Shown here piece after piece: positions 26,475-37,035 of a DNA stretch of 56,102 bases. Origin of the DNA: a virus (lineage: Duplodnaviria > Caudoviricetes); the IMG/VR virus record IMGVR_UViG_3300032272_000014, positions 1-56,102 of that record; one strand, 5' to 3'. The number at the start of each line of letters is the position of its first letter. Within the stretch, counting starts at the first letter, position 1. Both the position numbers and the translations under genes were made by a program. The notes under the pieces are model-generated. The model made no database searches, was not told the DNA's origin, and was given only the letters and a program-made list of their open reading frames with translations.

Positions 26475-27061
26475 ATTTTTATATTAACGTTATCTTGTTG
26501 GCATTTAGTTTGTATTAAATCCTGTCTAATTGCGTCCATTGGTGTTATTTCTACACCGTTGTTTAATAGTTTCTTTTCTACTCTCCAATGAGCGTTGTTT
26601 AATATCACGGGTACATCTTTAAAATCAAAATCTTCTATTGACTTTATTTTTAAAGTTCTAGATAAACTATCACAACCGTTACCAAATTCTATATTTGTAA
26701 TAGGATTAAACAACAGCCATGTTTTAGATGTGCTATATCTAATGGTTACAATTTCCGCTTTAGGCTTATTTAAAAGCTTCTTTAAGTTAGTTATTTGCGT
26801 TTGCAAACTATCTACTATAAAATTATCAATTGGTGTACCTGTAAACGTTCCTGAGGGCGTTAAAACTTTTACATCCTTAGTTTTGTCTAAAGAATAAATG
26901 TAAGCACCGTAAAGAACAGCCTTATCATTTAATGTAAACCTTTGAGGTAATGTGTCACCATTTGCTGTTATGTAAATGTACCTGCCACTTCTGATAATAT
27001 CTGTTTGTGAAAAGCAATTTAACGCTAAAGCTAAAAACATGTAAAATAATAGTTTTTTCAT
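26471..27061 (-). CDS. Secreted hypothetical protein
   Basis: Signal peptide MKKLLF...CFS-Q. Confidence 0.55.
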   Translation of the reverse strand: MKKLLFYMFLALALNCFSQTDIIRSGRYIYITANGDTLPQRFTLNDKAVLYGAYIYSLDKTKDVKVLTPSGTFTGTPIDNFIVDSLQTQITNLKKLLNKPKAEIVTIRYSTSKTWLLFNPITNIEFGNGCDSLSRTLKIKSIEDFDFKDVPVILNNAHWRVEKKLLNNGVEITPMDAIRQDLIQTKCQQDNVNIKI

Positions 27062-27116
27062 AATTTGTTTATTTTGTATTTATTCAAATATACAAAAATA
27101 TTATAACACTTGTTTT

Positions 27117-27437
27117 TTAAGCGAAATTAACTAAGTAAATATTTATGATTAAAGGTATTGAAACGGTATAAACTATATCTAAAAAACTAAACCCTGTCTT
27201 TTTACCTTTACTTAATAATGGTTTAATTATACCTGTAGCATCGTTAAATTCCTTACCTAATGCAAATACAACCGTAAGTATTAAACCTATATCTGAATTA
27301 ATAAAATACCATCCTAGAAAATATATAATCAATCCTGCTATTACGTGTTTTATTTTATCTTTTTTCATAATTCTTGATTTGCGTTGGTCATGCACGTTCT
27401 TTTTTTTTGACCCGTTGTGTGGTTGTACGTATAACAC
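27117..27437 (-). CDS. Small membrane protein (DKIKH...GKE motif)
   Basis: Probable start MKKDKIKH; hydrophobic helices. Confidence 0.5.
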   Translation of the reverse strand: MLYVQPHNGSKKKNVHDQRKSRIMKKDKIKHVIAGLIIYFLGWYFINSDIGLILTVVFALGKEFNDATGIIKPLLSKGKKTGFSFLDIVYTVSIPLIINIYLVNFA

Positions 27438-27531
27438 GCGCTTGTGTGCTTTGGTGCTTCGCCTTCCTTAACTGTGTGTACTACTGGCATAATTTTGTTT
27501 TTAAAAAGGGTGCGTTAACACCCTGTTAATT

Positions 27532-27909
27532 TTATAATTCTCCGTTTCCTGGTGGGTTAGATTTCTCTAAGCAAAGCGCCTTTGCATCTGCAAGGCTTCC
27601 AGATTTACCAATCATAATACCAAAATAACTTTGACCTCCGTTATGACTTACTTGCTCGTAATAGATACCCCCTACGTTTACAACCTTGTAAAGAGTTACA
27701 AAGCCATTTACAGTAGTTGTCCAACTACAAAGATTTGTACTTCTTGTTTGTGGTAAATCTTTAACGTCACTAGGCTTTTCAACGTTCAAAGAACTTTTAG
27801 AAAAATCGTCTAAAACAATTTCTGAATTTGCGTCCTCAAAATTAACGCTGTCTTTGTCGCAAGACGTAAAACTCAATCCGATAATCAATAATAAAAAAAT
27901 GTACTTCAT
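27532..27909 (-). CDS. Lipoprotein
   Basis: Lipobox FTS-C followed by DKD. Confidence 0.7.
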   Translation of the reverse strand: MKYIFLLLIIGLSFTSCDKDSVNFEDANSEIVLDDFSKSSLNVEKPSDVKDLPQTRSTNLCSWTTTVNGFVTLYKVVNVGGIYYEQVSHNGGQSYFGIMIGKSGSLADAKALCLEKSNPPGNGEL

Positions 27910-27955
27910 AAATATATTTGCCTGTTTTTTTTAGGACTTGTTTAGTTACTAATTT

Positions 27956-30088
27956 TTATAGCTTAGTCATATCTACCCTGTAAATCCTATTTTCATTAAC
28001 AACGCCATCTTTAAACCCTGTATCTGAATTAAACAACAAAATATCTAAACTAGGAATTAAAGTAATACCCTCATTATCGAAACCTATTTTATACGGATAT
28101 TGGTAAGTTTGTATAACTGTCATAGTATTATCAACGTGCGCAAATTTAGAACCAAATTGCAAGTTAACCCAATACGTATCATCACGGCTATCGTGTTCAA
28201 TTCCTTCACTAACATTTAATCCGAAATTCATTGAAATTGGTGTACCCCAAGTTACACCACTTAATGTCAATTCTATAAAGTGAGTTTTAGAACTCCCAGA
28301 AAAAATAAGTTTATCATCTGTGGAATTATACGCTAAAGAACCAGCAGGAGTTCCATCTCCATAAGGGTCAAAACTTAATTGCTCATTAACTAAAGAATTA
28401 TCGGTTAAATCGTAAGTTTTTAAAGTCGTACCGTCCATAGCATAAAGATAATCTCTTAAACCATCGTAAGCGATCCCTTGCGTAGCTGGTAAGTCTAGTT
28501 TACCTTTATAAAATCCTAAACTATTATATTTATAGATTTTACGTTCTGGCGTTGAAACGACATAAAGCAAATCTCTTGAAGCGTCATACGTTAATCCAGT
28601 GTTAGCATTATCAAAAGCACCTTCAAAAACTATAAAACTACTTAATTCGCTAGGTAGTGAGTTTTGTGTTTCAATACTTAAATCTGTAGCTTCTTTATAA
28701 AAATCAAAAGCGTACATAACGCCCGACCAATTACTCGAAGTACTTCGACCTTTTCCAAACCTAATTGAATTTAGTAATGCTGACCATTTACTGCTTGTAC
28801 TTGTAACCGTTCCAACTATAACACCGTTGGCGTAAATTGTTGCAATACCGTCCAAATACGAAACACCTATTTTTAAACGTCCGTTAACGGGCGTTGAATA
28901 AAAGCTGTTTGAATTATTATCCCCAGCAACATTTGTGGCTAAATTCAAAGCACCAGTGTTTAAGTAACGAAGTTCTATTTTATTTGATGATGTATTGTCA
29001 TCAATTGTGAACACCGTAGAAGTAGCATTATACTCGTTATTGTAGTTAAAGAAATCTATAACAAAAGCGAAACTATCTTCGCTTTCAAATAAATTTTGTA
29101 CGATAGTAACGTCCTCTAATTCTAGTTGATCTTCGTTTCTGCTTAAAGCGCCAGCAGTAGTTGGAATATAAGAACTACCTAAAACACCAGCCTCCAACTG
29201 TGGAGTATTTACAACACCGCTAGGTGTTATAGTTAGAGTTCCCGCAGTAGCAGTAAATGTTTTAATAACTTTGGTTTTATTATCAACGCCAACCAATACT
29301 TCAGTAGATGTGCCACTTAAAGTGATAGTACCAGTACCATAAAATGAAATCGTGTAATCTTGTGCTAACGTTGTGAAATTTTCAGTTGCAAATGTTTCAG
29401 AATTAACTAATAAATTTGTTGCATCAGCTTCTAACAAAATGCCTTTTCGGTTAGTTGCATAATCAATTCTAATCCTTGCAGAGCCTAAAGTTTGCATTGT
29501 TTTTAACTTGTCAATATAAGTACCGTTTCCAATACGTATAAAGTCTAAATCAATTGGCGTTCGGCTCGGTATTGCGGATTTATACAAGCTAATATCCCTA
29601 AAATAATCTTCTGAAGTTATTGACAAAGTTGGCTCATTGATTTTAGCCTGTTCGCCATATCTTGACAAAACCAATTCATCGTTAAGGGTTATAAAATCCT
29701 CGGTTAAAGTCACAGCAGATATAGGTATGTAAGGAGGTAATGATATACTGTTTGCAATATCATTTAATTTACTATCTACATCATTAAATACGGCTTGAGA
29801 ATTAACACCTGTTAGCACTACAAAACTAGAATCATCTACAACCTCATTAGCAGAATCAAAAGCATCCGCTTCTATATCATTAGGATCATAAACAGCTTTA
29901 GTCATATCACCACCACCACCGCCTTCATTAAAATACGGTAAACTATTCCATGCAGTTACACCGTCACCCCTTTTTGTTTTTAGAGTATCGGTTTCATCAC
30001 CTTGTTCGTGTAAGTCTAAAACAGGATTAACAGTTGACCATTCTAAAGCCGTACCTGATCTTGTTTGTAATAAATCTATTCTTGGCAT
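27956..30088 (-). CDS. Tail fibre/receptor-binding protein (Mtd-N-like start, LamG-like middle, beta-propeller-like end)
   Basis: WSTVNPVL...ETDTLKTKRGDGVTAWNSLPY; repeated G(L/I)xYD blades. Confidence 0.75.
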   Translation of the reverse strand: MPRIDLLQTRSGTALEWSTVNPVLDLHEQGDETDTLKTKRGDGVTAWNSLPYFNEGGGGGDMTKAVYDPNDIEADAFDSANEVVDDSSFVVLTGVNSQAVFNDVDSKLNDIANSISLPPYIPISAVTLTEDFITLNDELVLSRYGEQAKINEPTLSITSEDYFRDISLYKSAIPSRTPIDLDFIRIGNGTYIDKLKTMQTLGSARIRIDYATNRKGILLEADATNLLVNSETFATENFTTLAQDYTISFYGTGTITLSGTSTEVLVGVDNKTKVIKTFTATAGTLTITPSGVVNTPQLEAGVLGSSYIPTTAGALSRNEDQLELEDVTIVQNLFESEDSFAFVIDFFNYNNEYNATSTVFTIDDNTSSNKIELRYLNTGALNLATNVAGDNNSNSFYSTPVNGRLKIGVSYLDGIATIYANGVIVGTVTSTSSKWSALLNSIRFGKGRSTSSNWSGVMYAFDFYKEATDLSIETQNSLPSELSSFIVFEGAFDNANTGLTYDASRDLLYVVSTPERKIYKYNSLGFYKGKLDLPATQGIAYDGLRDYLYAMDGTTLKTYDLTDNSLVNEQLSFDPYGDGTPAGSLAYNSTDDKLIFSGSSKTHFIELTLSGVTWGTPISMNFGLNVSEGIEHDSRDDTYWVNLQFGSKFAHVDNTMTVIQTYQYPYKIGFDNEGITLIPSLDILLFNSDTGFKDGVVNENRIYRVDMTKL

Positions 30089-30237
30089 TTTTTTATGTTT
30101 TTATGGTGTACCACCGTTTACTATTCCGTCAAATCCTTCGTTATTACCATTTTTAGATAATACAGGTTGTAATGTTATTTCTTTTCCTTCTCTTGAGACC
30201 ACTATAGTAACCTCTTTTATTTCTCTTGTTACCGTTA

Positions 30238-30669
30238 TCATGGTCTTGTGTACTGCTTTAAGATAGTGTATTCAACTCTTGTGTAAGTATGTCTTTTTCC
30301 ATTAACATCTGTTATTTTTAAATCACCTAAAAAACTACCATATGGTAAATTATTACTAGTAGCATCGACCTCATCTATATAAAAGTTGTCAGCATCTACT
30401 ATAGTTATACCACTGCTATTACTTATATCTATAATCTTAATATCTCCGTTAAATATTTGCATCTTTATAGTTGCTGTAGTTAGGTCTATATCCTCATTAG
30501 TGAAAGCAAATGATGTTTTACTAATAGTATCACCTTGAACTATATATTCACCTTCAAAAGGTATTTTTAATATTGTTATACTCATGGCGTTCCTCCGTTT
30601 ATTCCTTTTGCGTTTATATAATCTATTAAATCCGTTTGGTTTGTTATTGTTCCACTTATAGAACCCCAA
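30238..30669 (-). CDS. Minor tail/baseplate protein (probable start MSITIL)
   Basis: QGDT...IDLTTATIKMQI pattern; position. Confidence 0.5.
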   Translation of the reverse strand: MGFYKWNNNKPNGFNRLYKRKRNKRRNAMSITILKIPFEGEYIVQGDTISKTSFAFTNEDIDLTTATIKMQIFNGDIKIIDISNSSGITIVDADNFYIDEVDATSNNLPYGSFLGDLKITDVNGKRHTYTRVEYTILKQYTRP

Positions 30670-30956
30670 TCAACAGCACCATCAATAGTGAAAGCAATAT
30701 AACCTAAATCAATAAGCCTTTGCTCTAATTGTATTACCGTTGGGTATGTTTCAGCACCACCACCAACTGTATCATCGTAAATAATAACATCAGAAAACAA
30801 GAAACCTTTTTGAGCGAAAACAACTCGTCCTTGCTCACTTCTAACCTTCATATAATCACCATCAAAAATAGCAACTAGGTCACTAGCAGAATATTCAAAT
30901 TCTTTCCAATAGTGCCAGAAATTTTTATTTCCTTTTTTTCTTATTGTTAGTGTCAT
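30582..30956 (-). CDS. Minor structural protein
   Basis: WGSISGTITNQTDL motif; tail module. Confidence 0.5.
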   Translation of the reverse strand: MTLTIRKKGNKNFWHYWKEFEYSASDLVAIFDGDYMKVRSEQGRVVFAQKGFLFSDVIIYDDTVGGGAETYPTVIQLEQRLIDLGYIAFTIDGAVDWGSISGTITNQTDLIDYINAKGINGGTP

Positions 30957-32041
30957 TATAATTTACCGTTTGAAATTCTATGTATTTGAACTTGCTTCTT
31001 TCCTAAACTAAGAGACCCAACATCTACGCTTAAAAACATCTGACCTCCATTCGCTAAAAATGTCGATAAAGAGAAAAGGTTATTTGTTGTACTTATTGAA
31101 TACGGAACGCTTTTACCCGTTACAAAAAAGTTTTCAACTATTACATTTGTAGGAGTTGCGCCACCTCCAATATCAAAATTAACTTTCAACTCTGTTGGGT
31201 TTCCTGTCTCGCTTAATACTCCTAAATCCAATCTCACTGAATATCCATCACCTAAAACTATTGGTGTCATTTTACTTGTTGCAACATCCCAAAGTTCAGA
31301 GAACCCACGAATTTCGTGAGGTAAATAATCTGAATTGCTCGTCGCTCCTAATCCGTTTATAATAAGTTTAGATGGTGTGGTAGTTATCGTTTGTCCTGCA
31401 ACCTCGTCGTCAGCGTATAAACCCCATCCTAGAGTATTGTACATAACTTGTATATCGTCAGCAGAAACATTAGTACTAGGGCTAGTGTAAAGCGGTACAA
31501 TAGTATTGTTTCTACTTGCTAGATTTAGCATTACACCATCAATATAAAGATAAGTGGTTAATTTTATTGTTTCAGATGAGTCTATTCTAAATTGAAACGT
31601 AATTACGTCATCCTTATCAAATATATAGTTAACATCGCTTTGGTATCTAACCCAAACATCAAACTCATTTAGTGGTAAGTCAGCAATATCACTACCAATC
31701 GAGTAACTTTGTGTATCAAAAAGAATAGCGTTTTTGTATATTAAAACAGAACCGTTTACAACCTCTAAATCAAGATTTTTCTTTATATACCAACTTATTT
31801 GATATTCACCGTTAATAGGTGCTAAAGTGTTTTGAGTGCTATTTGTTGCCGTAATAGCACTTAATGGTACGTTATTCTCTATTTTCAACGAACTTCCTGA
31901 AGAAACAAAATTATTTGAATCTAAAGTTGCTGTTCCTGTACCACTTGAAATACTCCATGTACCATCATTAAAATCTAATAATGGGTCTACATAGTTCTCT
32001 GCGTAATTCTGTCCGTTCCTTCTATCTATTTTAAATGCCAT
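30956..32041 (-). CDS. Tail protein with carbohydrate-binding-like domain
   Basis: Beta-rich composition; position. Confidence 0.55.
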   Translation of the reverse strand: MAFKIDRRNGQNYAENYVDPLLDFNDGTWSISSGTGTATLDSNNFVSSGSSLKIENNVPLSAITATNSTQNTLAPINGEYQISWYIKKNLDLEVVNGSVLIYKNAILFDTQSYSIGSDIADLPLNEFDVWVRYQSDVNYIFDKDDVITFQFRIDSSETIKLTTYLYIDGVMLNLASRNNTIVPLYTSPSTNVSADDIQVMYNTLGWGLYADDEVAGQTITTTPSKLIINGLGATSNSDYLPHEIRGFSELWDVATSKMTPIVLGDGYSVRLDLGVLSETGNPTELKVNFDIGGGATPTNVIVENFFVTGKSVPYSISTTNNLFSLSTFLANGGQMFLSVDVGSLSLGKKQVQIHRISNGKL

Positions 32042-32044
32042 ATC

Positions 32045-32518
32045 TTATAAATTTGATGGGTATGTTACCGTGAATTTAACTATCTCACCAGGCTGTATGC
32101 TATTTGCAAAAAGCAAAGTGCTAGATGCTGAATTAGAAACCTCTAAACTTATGTTTTCATATCCAAAAGCGTCCTCTATAAATCCTACTCCGATAAAATC
32201 AAAACCATTTAAACATTCATAATTAACATCGGATATTAACAATGATGGCGATGTAATACTTGCACCAGCGTTCTTTATAACACCACCCATTGTTATACTT
32301 CTACCAACCTTATAAACGTTAATATTATATGTTATATCAGGGTTTGCACTTGTAAAAATAGACTGTGCAGCCTGTGTCTCATTTACAACACCACCATAAA
32401 CTAACTCTATAATAGAGTTTGGGTCAGTGTGCATTGTCTCTCTGTGTTGACTCGAAGGTAATTGCGTACCATCAGGCAACTTAGTATTTATTAGTGATAT
32501 ATAATCTGCTTTACTCAT
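32045..32518 (-). CDS. Minor tail protein
   Basis: Position; YKVGRSITM motif. Confidence 0.5.
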   Translation of the reverse strand: MSKADYISLINTKLPDGTQLPSSQHRETMHTDPNSIIELVYGGVVNETQAAQSIFTSANPDITYNINVYKVGRSITMGGVIKNAGASITSPSLLISDVNYECLNGFDFIGVGFIEDAFGYENISLEVSNSASSTLLFANSIQPGEIVKFTVTYPSNL

Positions 32519-32523
32519 GTCTA

Positions 32524-34377
32524 TTATGTTTCTGTTCCGTTTCCAGAATTATATTTTGTTGTTATATCTGCATCCGTAAGTTCATATCCTTTCCAAATTC
32601 TTAGAATATCCATTAAACCACTATACCTGTTAGCACCACTTAAATCATCTGACTGTTGACCTAATATAACAGCTTGTGTTGTTGGAGGCATACCAATGTA
32701 ATTACCTGTTTCTGCTGAAGCAAAACTAGCCGTTACATTATCAACTTTCATTTTTAATCCACTAGCATTACCACTACCATCATAAGTTACAACTATTTGT
32801 TGCCATCCACCTGTTGTTATAGTTGCATTATCAGCTATACCTATTCTATTACTAGCATCCGTATAAATAAAGAATTGTAATACACCACCTTGTATAAACA
32901 TTCTATATTCTAAATCACCTGTACTAGCATTGTACTTATTTAATATACGTCCAAAATTAGCAGTTGGGTTTACCCAAACCTCTATTGAGAATGCACCACT
33001 ACCTAAGTTTAGTTCACTAGTGCTTGGAATACTTACATACTCATCTGTAGAACCGTTATTAAATTCGTAACACTTATCTATTAATCCTACTTGGTTAATT
33101 AAAGCATTTACTATTGTTCCATCATTAGAGCCTTTACTATCTACAGCAGTTGTTCCACTTATTTCATTAAACTTATAGAACATAATTAAATTATCGTCTA
33201 TAGGATCGGATATACCTGTGTTGTAATCTGTAGCACTATAATCAACAACACTATAATCAGCAGCTCTTAATGTAAACGTCCATGTGCTATTATCTATTAT
33301 TGGCTCATTATCTATACCTAAACCACTGACTAAACCACCTGTTATATTAACATAATAATCATCATCAGAATACGTTAAACTAGTTGGTATTGTTAAGGTG
33401 TTACCACTAACACTCATGCTTGTTTCATTGAATGTGGTTTGTAGCGTTCCTAAACTATTAAAAATAGTTATACTACCTGTGTTTAATGTTATATCTACAT
33501 CAGTGTCAAAAGAAACCTCAAGGAATGTAGTTCCTGTTGAGTAGCTTCCAAATGGCACATAATTCACTATACTGAAACCTTCAAATATCTGGTAGTCATA
33601 ATCGTAAGTATCACTACCGTTAAAGTATGCAGTGAATGTAGCTTTAAATAAATTACTCTGACCAATACGTTCACCTTGCTCTAATACAGGTTTATTAGTT
33701 ACTCTCTTTCCATCAATATAAATAATATCATGTGAAAGCACTTCTTGTAACCTTGTAAAAGTAAATGAATCAATATTTTCTACTAAGAATGATTTAGCTA
33801 TCTTGCTTAGAAATCTTGTGGATATGTTGTTTTTTGTAGATATTTGGTAGTACTCACCGACCTCACTTGTATTGCTGTACCCATTAAATTTCATGGACAG
33901 CCTTATAGATTGGTAGCATCCTGCCTCTACGTAGCTTAACCCCTCTAAGTTGGAGTTGTTAGTGTAATCTAATCTATATGTTTTCTCAGGACTTCCATTA
34001 GTTATCTTTAATGGTCTAGTGTAGTAAGAAACGTCAGAGGTGTCTTGAACTATCTTTATTAGAATAGCTCTACCGTAAAAAGTGGATGGTATATTAACCA
34101 ACTCTATTTTACATTGTGTATCACCATTAGCGTCCGTAAACTCTTCTATGAATATATTGCTTGTGATGTCTAAAAGATTATTGTCACAATTATCAACTAA
34201 GTAAGCAGTAAAATCACTAGATATGCTTATACCACCTTCGTAATTGGTCATCTGAAGATATGGTTCATCAGTAAATAGCTGTATTACCGTGTAGTACGAT
34301 ATACCGCTATCCTTGAACTCATTATCAGTTAAGGCTTCGCTTATACTATTATATAGTTTTAAGAAACTGTAATCCAT
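32524..34377 (-). CDS. Tail protein with Ig-like and C-terminal LamG domains
   Basis: YKFNEISGTTAVDS...FSIEVWV...WQQIVVTYDG...GLMDILRIW. Confidence 0.75.
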   Translation of the reverse strand: MDYSFLKLYNSISEALTDNEFKDSGISYYTVIQLFTDEPYLQMTNYEGGISISSDFTAYLVDNCDNNLLDITSNIFIEEFTDANGDTQCKIELVNIPSTFYGRAILIKIVQDTSDVSYYTRPLKITNGSPEKTYRLDYTNNSNLEGLSYVEAGCYQSIRLSMKFNGYSNTSEVGEYYQISTKNNISTRFLSKIAKSFLVENIDSFTFTRLQEVLSHDIIYIDGKRVTNKPVLEQGERIGQSNLFKATFTAYFNGSDTYDYDYQIFEGFSIVNYVPFGSYSTGTTFLEVSFDTDVDITLNTGSITIFNSLGTLQTTFNETSMSVSGNTLTIPTSLTYSDDDYYVNITGGLVSGLGIDNEPIIDNSTWTFTLRAADYSVVDYSATDYNTGISDPIDDNLIMFYKFNEISGTTAVDSKGSNDGTIVNALINQVGLIDKCYEFNNGSTDEYVSIPSTSELNLGSGAFSIEVWVNPTANFGRILNKYNASTGDLEYRMFIQGGVLQFFIYTDASNRIGIADNATITTGGWQQIVVTYDGSGNASGLKMKVDNVTASFASAETGNYIGMPPTTQAVILGQQSDDLSGANRYSGLMDILRIWKGYELTDADITTKYNSGNGTET

Positions 34378-37035
34378 TTACAAATCTATTAGTGCTTGTG
34401 CTAAGTCGTTTGCATTGTCAAAAGTCTCTTCTTGAACTATAAACTTATCATATTTGGTAAAATTAACAATTTTAATCTGATTATCATCATAAATAGTGAA
34501 AAACTTTCCGTTTGCCTCGTAAAATATTTCACTTAGTTGGTCTTGAGTATATCCAACCTCATCTATGTATATGATACCACCAACTTTAGTTATTGTTATA
34601 AAGTCAGTGTTTCTACGCTCCTCGCCTGAGATGCTTAGAACCTTCGTAGCCCATGTATAGCCTAGCTTCATTGGGTATAATCTCTTTATATCTCCGTTGT
34701 TTCCTTGCACTCTTACAAAGCCACCAACAGTATCTATATTTTGGTATTTCTGAATTAAATCTAAAACATCGTCATACTCTGCAATAACATCAGTATTATA
34801 CATTTTAGGACTTAATATCGGTAATTGTATTGTCTCTAGGTTTATATCACCATTTTCAGTGTAAACTTCACCACCTTCAAATTGAGTAACTAATAACCCG
34901 TTATTCTTAAACTCGGTATTCTTAGGGTTCTCATCAATATATGTTGCACATGTATTAATGTAAGACTCCCACTCAATTAAGTTACGTCTTATAGTGTATT
35001 TAAGATTACCAAAGTTATTAGGGCTTAATAAGTTTTCAATCAAATCAAACCCTTCGTTAGTTCTGTTTACGTATTGAACATTCTCTAAAGGATAGCTAAC
35101 TGTTGTTAGTCTTGGTATTGTATCTGTTACAGGTGTTATAGAAACAGGTGTTAATGTCACAATAGTATTCTCTATCTCAAAAACAATGTAGTCACCAATA
35201 TTAATACCATCATCTATACTGAAAGTAGAACCTATATTAAAACCTAACAATCCCCAACTCGGAAGGTCTGCCTCTTTTAATAACTGTAAATTACCATCAT
35301 CATTTACATTATGAGTCATTGTAGAAGTGAAACCACCTCTAGTACTTGGTGCTAAGTTTACAGCATCCATGCAGTGAATCTTATCATCACCATCTAAAGC
35401 AGTTGTTTCCTTAAATTGCTGTCTCCTTATAGACTCTATTGCAAACGGATCGAATATGTCATCAACCTCAATCTTCTTAGTATTCTTTACTCTTGTGTTA
35501 TTGATTGAGAATTGAGCCTCTGTATGTACAGCATCTAAAGTATTAGATTCATCCCTGTCTTTCTCATAGGTTTTAAACTTATATTCAAGAACGTTTACAG
35601 CATACTTTTGATTGTATGACATCTCAAAATCATCGCTAGGTATAGTTATAAAACCACCGTTATCTACATTGTCGTAAAACTTATTGTACGGTAACGCAAA
35701 AGCATCTGTTTCATTAACCTGTAAATCACCATTAGTTAAGTTTTGAAAACTCTCTTTACGGTCTTTTAAATCAAAGTAAAACGGAACATCATCTCTTTGT
35801 CTTATTAGATTACCACTAAACGCTAGTAAATCATAGTATTTGCCACCAAAATCGAAGTCAGGTGCTATAATATCCATACCATTTACAGCCTTTAAGCTAT
35901 ATCTAAGTAAATCACCATATCTAACAGCCTTTATAACCGTATCTATTGATGTTGATGTTGCTTGTATATCTATATTAAACTCAGTAATATTAAACGATGT
36001 ATCTCCACCACCAACAAAACCAGTATCTTGTTGTATATATATTAAGAGCCTAGTACCTCTAGTCATATTAAGACCATCTATAGTAAAAGTGCCTTGTATA
36101 TTTATTTCTGGATCTAAATCAGTTATAAGCTCAGTAAAGAAGTTGTCAGATTCAATTGATGTGGTTATAGGGTTTTCAAAATCTTCTACAATCCTGTATA
36201 TTAAAGACGCTCTAGCACCCTGTCCGCTAAAATCACCAAACAACTTTTTAAACACACCAGAGAAATCTATTGATATACTTAAATCCGTAAAATCATCTAA
36301 CGCATCTATAAACCCAAAATCACCTACATTATTTTCTACACTTGTATAAGTATTTAAGAATGACAACGTATTATCTATACCGTAACCTATTACATTATTT
36401 GAACTTGCATAATAAACAGAACCACTACCACCAGATTGAAAAGGGTGAAAAAACGTCTTACCGCCTACTTGACTCCACTCACTTGCTTGTATTACAGGTT
36501 TAGCTTTTAAAAGCATATTAACTGTTTCTATTGGTGTTATTGTGTTTCCATCTAAATCTTCATCTGCAAAGCCATTCACTTTTGTATCAGCCCTCCTTTT
36601 ACTGATAGCTCGGTTAGTATTCTGAACGACTTTACAGTTGAAGTATGTTAACTCGTCAGTTTTAGCACCTTCAAAATTTAATTCACCTAAGATAAACTCT
36701 ATTCCATTACGCTCTAATATGTATTCTATTTGTGATTGATACCCGTAGTATTTGTTATACTCAAATAAATATTCAATAGCGTGACCTAAATCATCTACTA
36801 TTAATCCATTTGGTAGTTGGTAAGGCTCGTCTGCTCTCTCGAAGAACCCTTTGTAAAATTCAAGGTCTATCTCTTCACTCATGTAAGAAATGTCTCTAGC
36901 ATACATACCATCTTGTTCTATAACGAACTCAGCACCATCGAATTTAACAGGTTCGCTTATTTGTATGCGACCAGTATCATCACTCTTGAAGTTGAGAAAA
37001 TGTTTAAACTCTTTTAAATTTAAAGGATTGCCCAT
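34378..37035 (-). CDS. Large tail tip/hub protein
   Basis: 885 aa directly downstream of tape measure. Confidence 0.6.
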   Translation of the reverse strand: MGNPLNLKEFKHFLNFKSDDTGRIQISEPVKFDGAEFVIEQDGMYARDISYMSEEIDLEFYKGFFERADEPYQLPNGLIVDDLGHAIEYLFEYNKYYGYQSQIEYILERNGIEFILGELNFEGAKTDELTYFNCKVVQNTNRAISKRRADTKVNGFADEDLDGNTITPIETVNMLLKAKPVIQASEWSQVGGKTFFHPFQSGGSGSVYYASSNNVIGYGIDNTLSFLNTYTSVENNVGDFGFIDALDDFTDLSISIDFSGVFKKLFGDFSGQGARASLIYRIVEDFENPITTSIESDNFFTELITDLDPEINIQGTFTIDGLNMTRGTRLLIYIQQDTGFVGGGDTSFNITEFNIDIQATSTSIDTVIKAVRYGDLLRYSLKAVNGMDIIAPDFDFGGKYYDLLAFSGNLIRQRDDVPFYFDLKDRKESFQNLTNGDLQVNETDAFALPYNKFYDNVDNGGFITIPSDDFEMSYNQKYAVNVLEYKFKTYEKDRDESNTLDAVHTEAQFSINNTRVKNTKKIEVDDIFDPFAIESIRRQQFKETTALDGDDKIHCMDAVNLAPSTRGGFTSTMTHNVNDDGNLQLLKEADLPSWGLLGFNIGSTFSIDDGINIGDYIVFEIENTIVTLTPVSITPVTDTIPRLTTVSYPLENVQYVNRTNEGFDLIENLLSPNNFGNLKYTIRRNLIEWESYINTCATYIDENPKNTEFKNNGLLVTQFEGGEVYTENGDINLETIQLPILSPKMYNTDVIAEYDDVLDLIQKYQNIDTVGGFVRVQGNNGDIKRLYPMKLGYTWATKVLSISGEERRNTDFITITKVGGIIYIDEVGYTQDQLSEIFYEANGKFFTIYDDNQIKIVNFTKYDKFIVQEETFDNANDLAQALIDL

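Noticed and set aside
27956-30088. Diversity-generating retroelement targeting the Mtd-N-like tail fibre
   Set aside because: No reverse transcriptase ORF and no template/variable repeat pair noticed
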